Shown here: one piece after another, positions 31,956 through 33,772 of the stretch | How positions within the stretch are numbered: position 1 is the first letter of the stretch | How the letters are laid out: each line of letters begins with the position of its first letter | Virus record (IMG/VR): IMGVR_UViG_3300038463_000594 | Direction: 5' to 3' (one strand) | Origin: a virus | DNA: 33,772 nucleotides | Translations under genes and position numbers: made by a program | The notes under the pieces: generated by a model | Told to the model about the DNA's origin: nothing | The model's input: the letters and a program-made list of their open reading frames with translations, nothing else | The model's database searches: none

Positions 31956-33008
31956 ATGGCTATAATTGGTCAAGGATCGTTTATGCAACCAGCTGCTCCG
32001 GCAGGTGGAATTGCGCAAACCATTATCGTTCCTTCAAATCTTGATTCTCTTGAAGTCTGGAACTATACCCAAGCCGCATCTGGTGGTGCAACTACTAATG
32101 CTGTCTATTCATATTGGCAACGTCCCAATGGTTCAATAATGATGGGTGATGGTACTCAAGGGGTTTATTATTCAGCGAATGCTGCTGCTCTTGCAGTAGG
32201 TGCAAGCGCTTCTGGATCATTTGTTCTTTTCAATCCTTCGACGCTTACCTATGGTCCTGTTAATAATGGATCGACACAGCTTACTGCGTTAACTGCTGCT
32301 AATCCTGCGGTTGCAACAGTTGGGTCTACCACAGGTATGAGTGCTGGAAACATAGTTCGCTTTGATACTATGGCTGGCGCTAAACAAAGTTTATTTGCAG
32401 GTATTGATTTCAGTGCAGGTTACGGAACATTGACTGGTACTACATTTAGCGTTGATTATCTAAATGCTACTGGTTCTACTACTGGGACAGGTAACTGGAG
32501 ATTCAGAGTTTATGCACCACAGTGGTATCCTGAACGTCGTGTTATCACTAACATTACGGCAGCTGCTTCTGCGGTTATTACTCTTTCAGTAAATCATAAC
32601 TTTACTGTTGGCCAGCAGGTTAGACTTGAATTCCCTGGTGGATCAACCTATTGGGGATCATATGCTAATTTAGTTACTGACCCTAACATGTCATATACGG
32701 TTACTGCTGTTGATACTGCTACTGGTAATGGTCATAACACTATTACTATTAATGCTAATACGACCGGTTATACCGCATTCTTAACTCAATGGTTAACGAA
32801 TGGTATTCCTTACACATGGGCACAAGTTGTACCAATTGGTGAAAATAGCGCACAGGCTATTGCAAGCAACTTAAATATCCTTTCTGATGCAACTACTAAC
32901 TTAGGATATTTGGGTATGACTCTTGCTTCTGGTGCATTATTACCTGCTGGTATAGCAGCCGACGTTGTATTCTGGAGAGCTTTAAAAGCTGACTTCGGCG
33001 GTCTGTAA
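31956..33008 (+). CDS. Capsid-associated protein (decoration/second shell protein candidate) with two copies of the shared ~65-aa module
   Basis: 350 aa. AAGGAG SD 7 nt upstream. Tightly follows the MCP gene and is followed by a strong palindrome. Modules at aa ~108-170 and ~196-275. Confidence 0.5.
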   Translation: MAIIGQGSFMQPAAPAGGIAQTIIVPSNLDSLEVWNYTQAASGGATTNAVYSYWQRPNGSIMMGDGTQGVYYSANAAALAVGASASGSFVLFNPSTLTYGPVNNGSTQLTALTAANPAVATVGSTTGMSAGNIVRFDTMAGAKQSLFAGIDFSAGYGTLTGTTFSVDYLNATGSTTGTGNWRFRVYAPQWYPERRVITNITAAASAVITLSVNHNFTVGQQVRLEFPGGSTYWGSYANLVTDPNMSYTVTAVDTATGNGHNTITINANTTGYTAFLTQWLTNGIPYTWAQVVPIGENSAQAIASNLNILSDATTNLGYLGMTLASGALLPAGIAADVVFWRALKADFGGL

Positions 33009-33027
33009 ACTGTTTTGACTATCTTCA

Positions 33028-33049
33028 ACCCAGTAAGGCCTTACTGGGT
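33028..33049 (+). terminator. 22-nt perfect palindrome after the capsid gene pair (attenuator / mRNA-stabilising hairpin candidate)
   Basis: ACCCAGTAAGGCCTTACTGGGT. No clean U-tract. Confidence 0.4.
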
Positions 33050-33074
33050 ATGGACAATCAGGGGAGAGAGTTTT

Positions 33075-33572
33075 ATGCCCTCTCCTATATCTCTTAAACC
33101 TAGGAAGGAACCTATGTCAGAAATTATTAATCAATCAGAATCAGTAGAAAATAAGCCCCTTGAAGATATTGAAAATAAACTTAGTAAGTCCAAGTCTAAA
33201 GTTACTATAAAAACTAAGACTCCGTTTGAACTTAAAAAAGAAAAAGATCTTTCTATAGTTAGAGGGCGTTTTGAATTTACTGAGATATCCGGAAAAGGAG
33301 CTCCTCTTGAGTTCTCTTACGGCTCTATCTATCAAGATGTTGCCATTAAAAAGTATGTACTTGTTGATAGCGAAACATACGAGCTCCCTTATATGGTAGC
33401 AAAACACCTTAATGAATCAGGAAAATATCCTGTTAACCAGTATATGCAAGACGAAAGAGGAAAATCTCACATGAAAGTAGGATCATATGTTCGCCGCTAC
33501 AACTTTGTACCATTAGATTTTTCAGACGTTGGTCAATTTGATAGCCACATAATCTCTGTAACTAAGGTATAA
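33075..33572 (+). CDS. Structural-module protein, function unknown
   Basis: 165 aa from ATG 33075 (GGGGAGAG SD), or 152 aa from ATG 33114 (AGGAAGGAA SD). The ORF-track TTG at 33015 would include the palindrome. Confidence 0.65.
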   Translation: MPSPISLKPRKEPMSEIINQSESVENKPLEDIENKLSKSKSKVTIKTKTPFELKKEKDLSIVRGRFEFTEISGKGAPLEFSYGSIYQDVAIKKYVLVDSETYELPYMVAKHLNESGKYPVNQYMQDERGKSHMKVGSYVRRYNFVPLDFSDVGQFDSHIISVTKV

Positions 33573-33574
33573 CT

Positions 33575-33772
33575 ATGCCAGCGAATAATGGTGCGGTTGC
33601 AACCCCTTTATATCAGCCCGCAATGCGGGTAATTACGAACATAACGAATGCTACAGTTCCCACGGTTACTACTTCATTCGCTCATAATTACACAAGCACT
33701 GATATCATCCGTATCGTTATTCCTAGTGGCTTTGGTATGTCGCAAATAAATGGGCTTGTATCGCCGATTGTG
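33575..33772 (+). CDS. 5' part of the junction-spanning 123-aa gene (continues at base 1..301)
   Basis: ATG 33575 lies 2 nt after the previous TAA. It reads through the window end in phase with 1..301. Confidence 0.8.
   Translation, partial: MPANNGAVATPLYQPAMRVITNITNATVPTVTTSFAHNYTSTDIIRIVIPSGFGMSQINGLVSPIV
33646..33772. repeat. Terminal direct repeat, copy 2
   Basis: Identical to 1-127. Confidence 0.97.

Noticed and set aside
1-33772. Looked for CRISPR arrays, tRNA/tmRNA genes, rRNA, integrase, and a reverse transcriptase or DGR
   Set aside because: No regularly spaced repeat array. No intergenic segment has tRNA-like T-arm or acceptor features. No ORF has tyrosine/serine recombinase or RT (YxDD) motifs that I can see.

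Overview
The window is one complete, circularly closed dsDNA phage genome. Bases 1-127 are identical to 33646-33772, so the unique unit is 33,645 bp, and one gene (33575 -> 301) spans the junction.

Layout, mostly on the + strand:
- Packaging and head module, 22.6-33.6 kb: excisionase-type HTH, TerS-like protein, TerL, portal, four small basic proteins, a scaffold-like protein, a reverse-strand HNH-like island, an HK97/N4-gp56-like major capsid protein and a 350-aa capsid-associated protein.
- Structural/tail block, 0.3-9.5 kb: a 368-aa ORF, three tandem ~205-aa receptor-binding-type paralogues, a 753-aa nozzle-like protein, one reverse-strand structural gene and three ejection-protein-like ORFs.
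- Small reverse-strand island, 9.58-10.02 kb: an RHH regulator and a membrane protein.
- Second fibre locus, 10.1-15.8 kb: five fibre-like ORFs, one with a C1q/TNF-like head and one with a glycine-rich domain.
- AT-rich early region, 15.9-22.6 kb: two leftward operons (Erf, a Zn-ribbon protein, a DUF551-like protein and orphans). Each faces a paralogous small HTH gene across overlapping divergent promoters. A winged-helix replication-initiator candidate, RusA and an M15 endolysin follow.

I recognise no integrase, DNA polymerase, helicase, tRNA, CRISPR array, tape-measure or sheath gene. The phage therefore looks short-tailed and dependent on the host replisome. All functional calls rest on motifs read by eye and on gene order.

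The most unusual signals are:
- a 411-bp early-gene cassette bracketed by perfect 29-bp direct repeats;
- a conserved hairpin element found after two early orphan genes;
- duplicated HTH plus micro-membrane-protein modules with mirrored overlapping promoters;
- fibre cassettes flanked by junction repeats.
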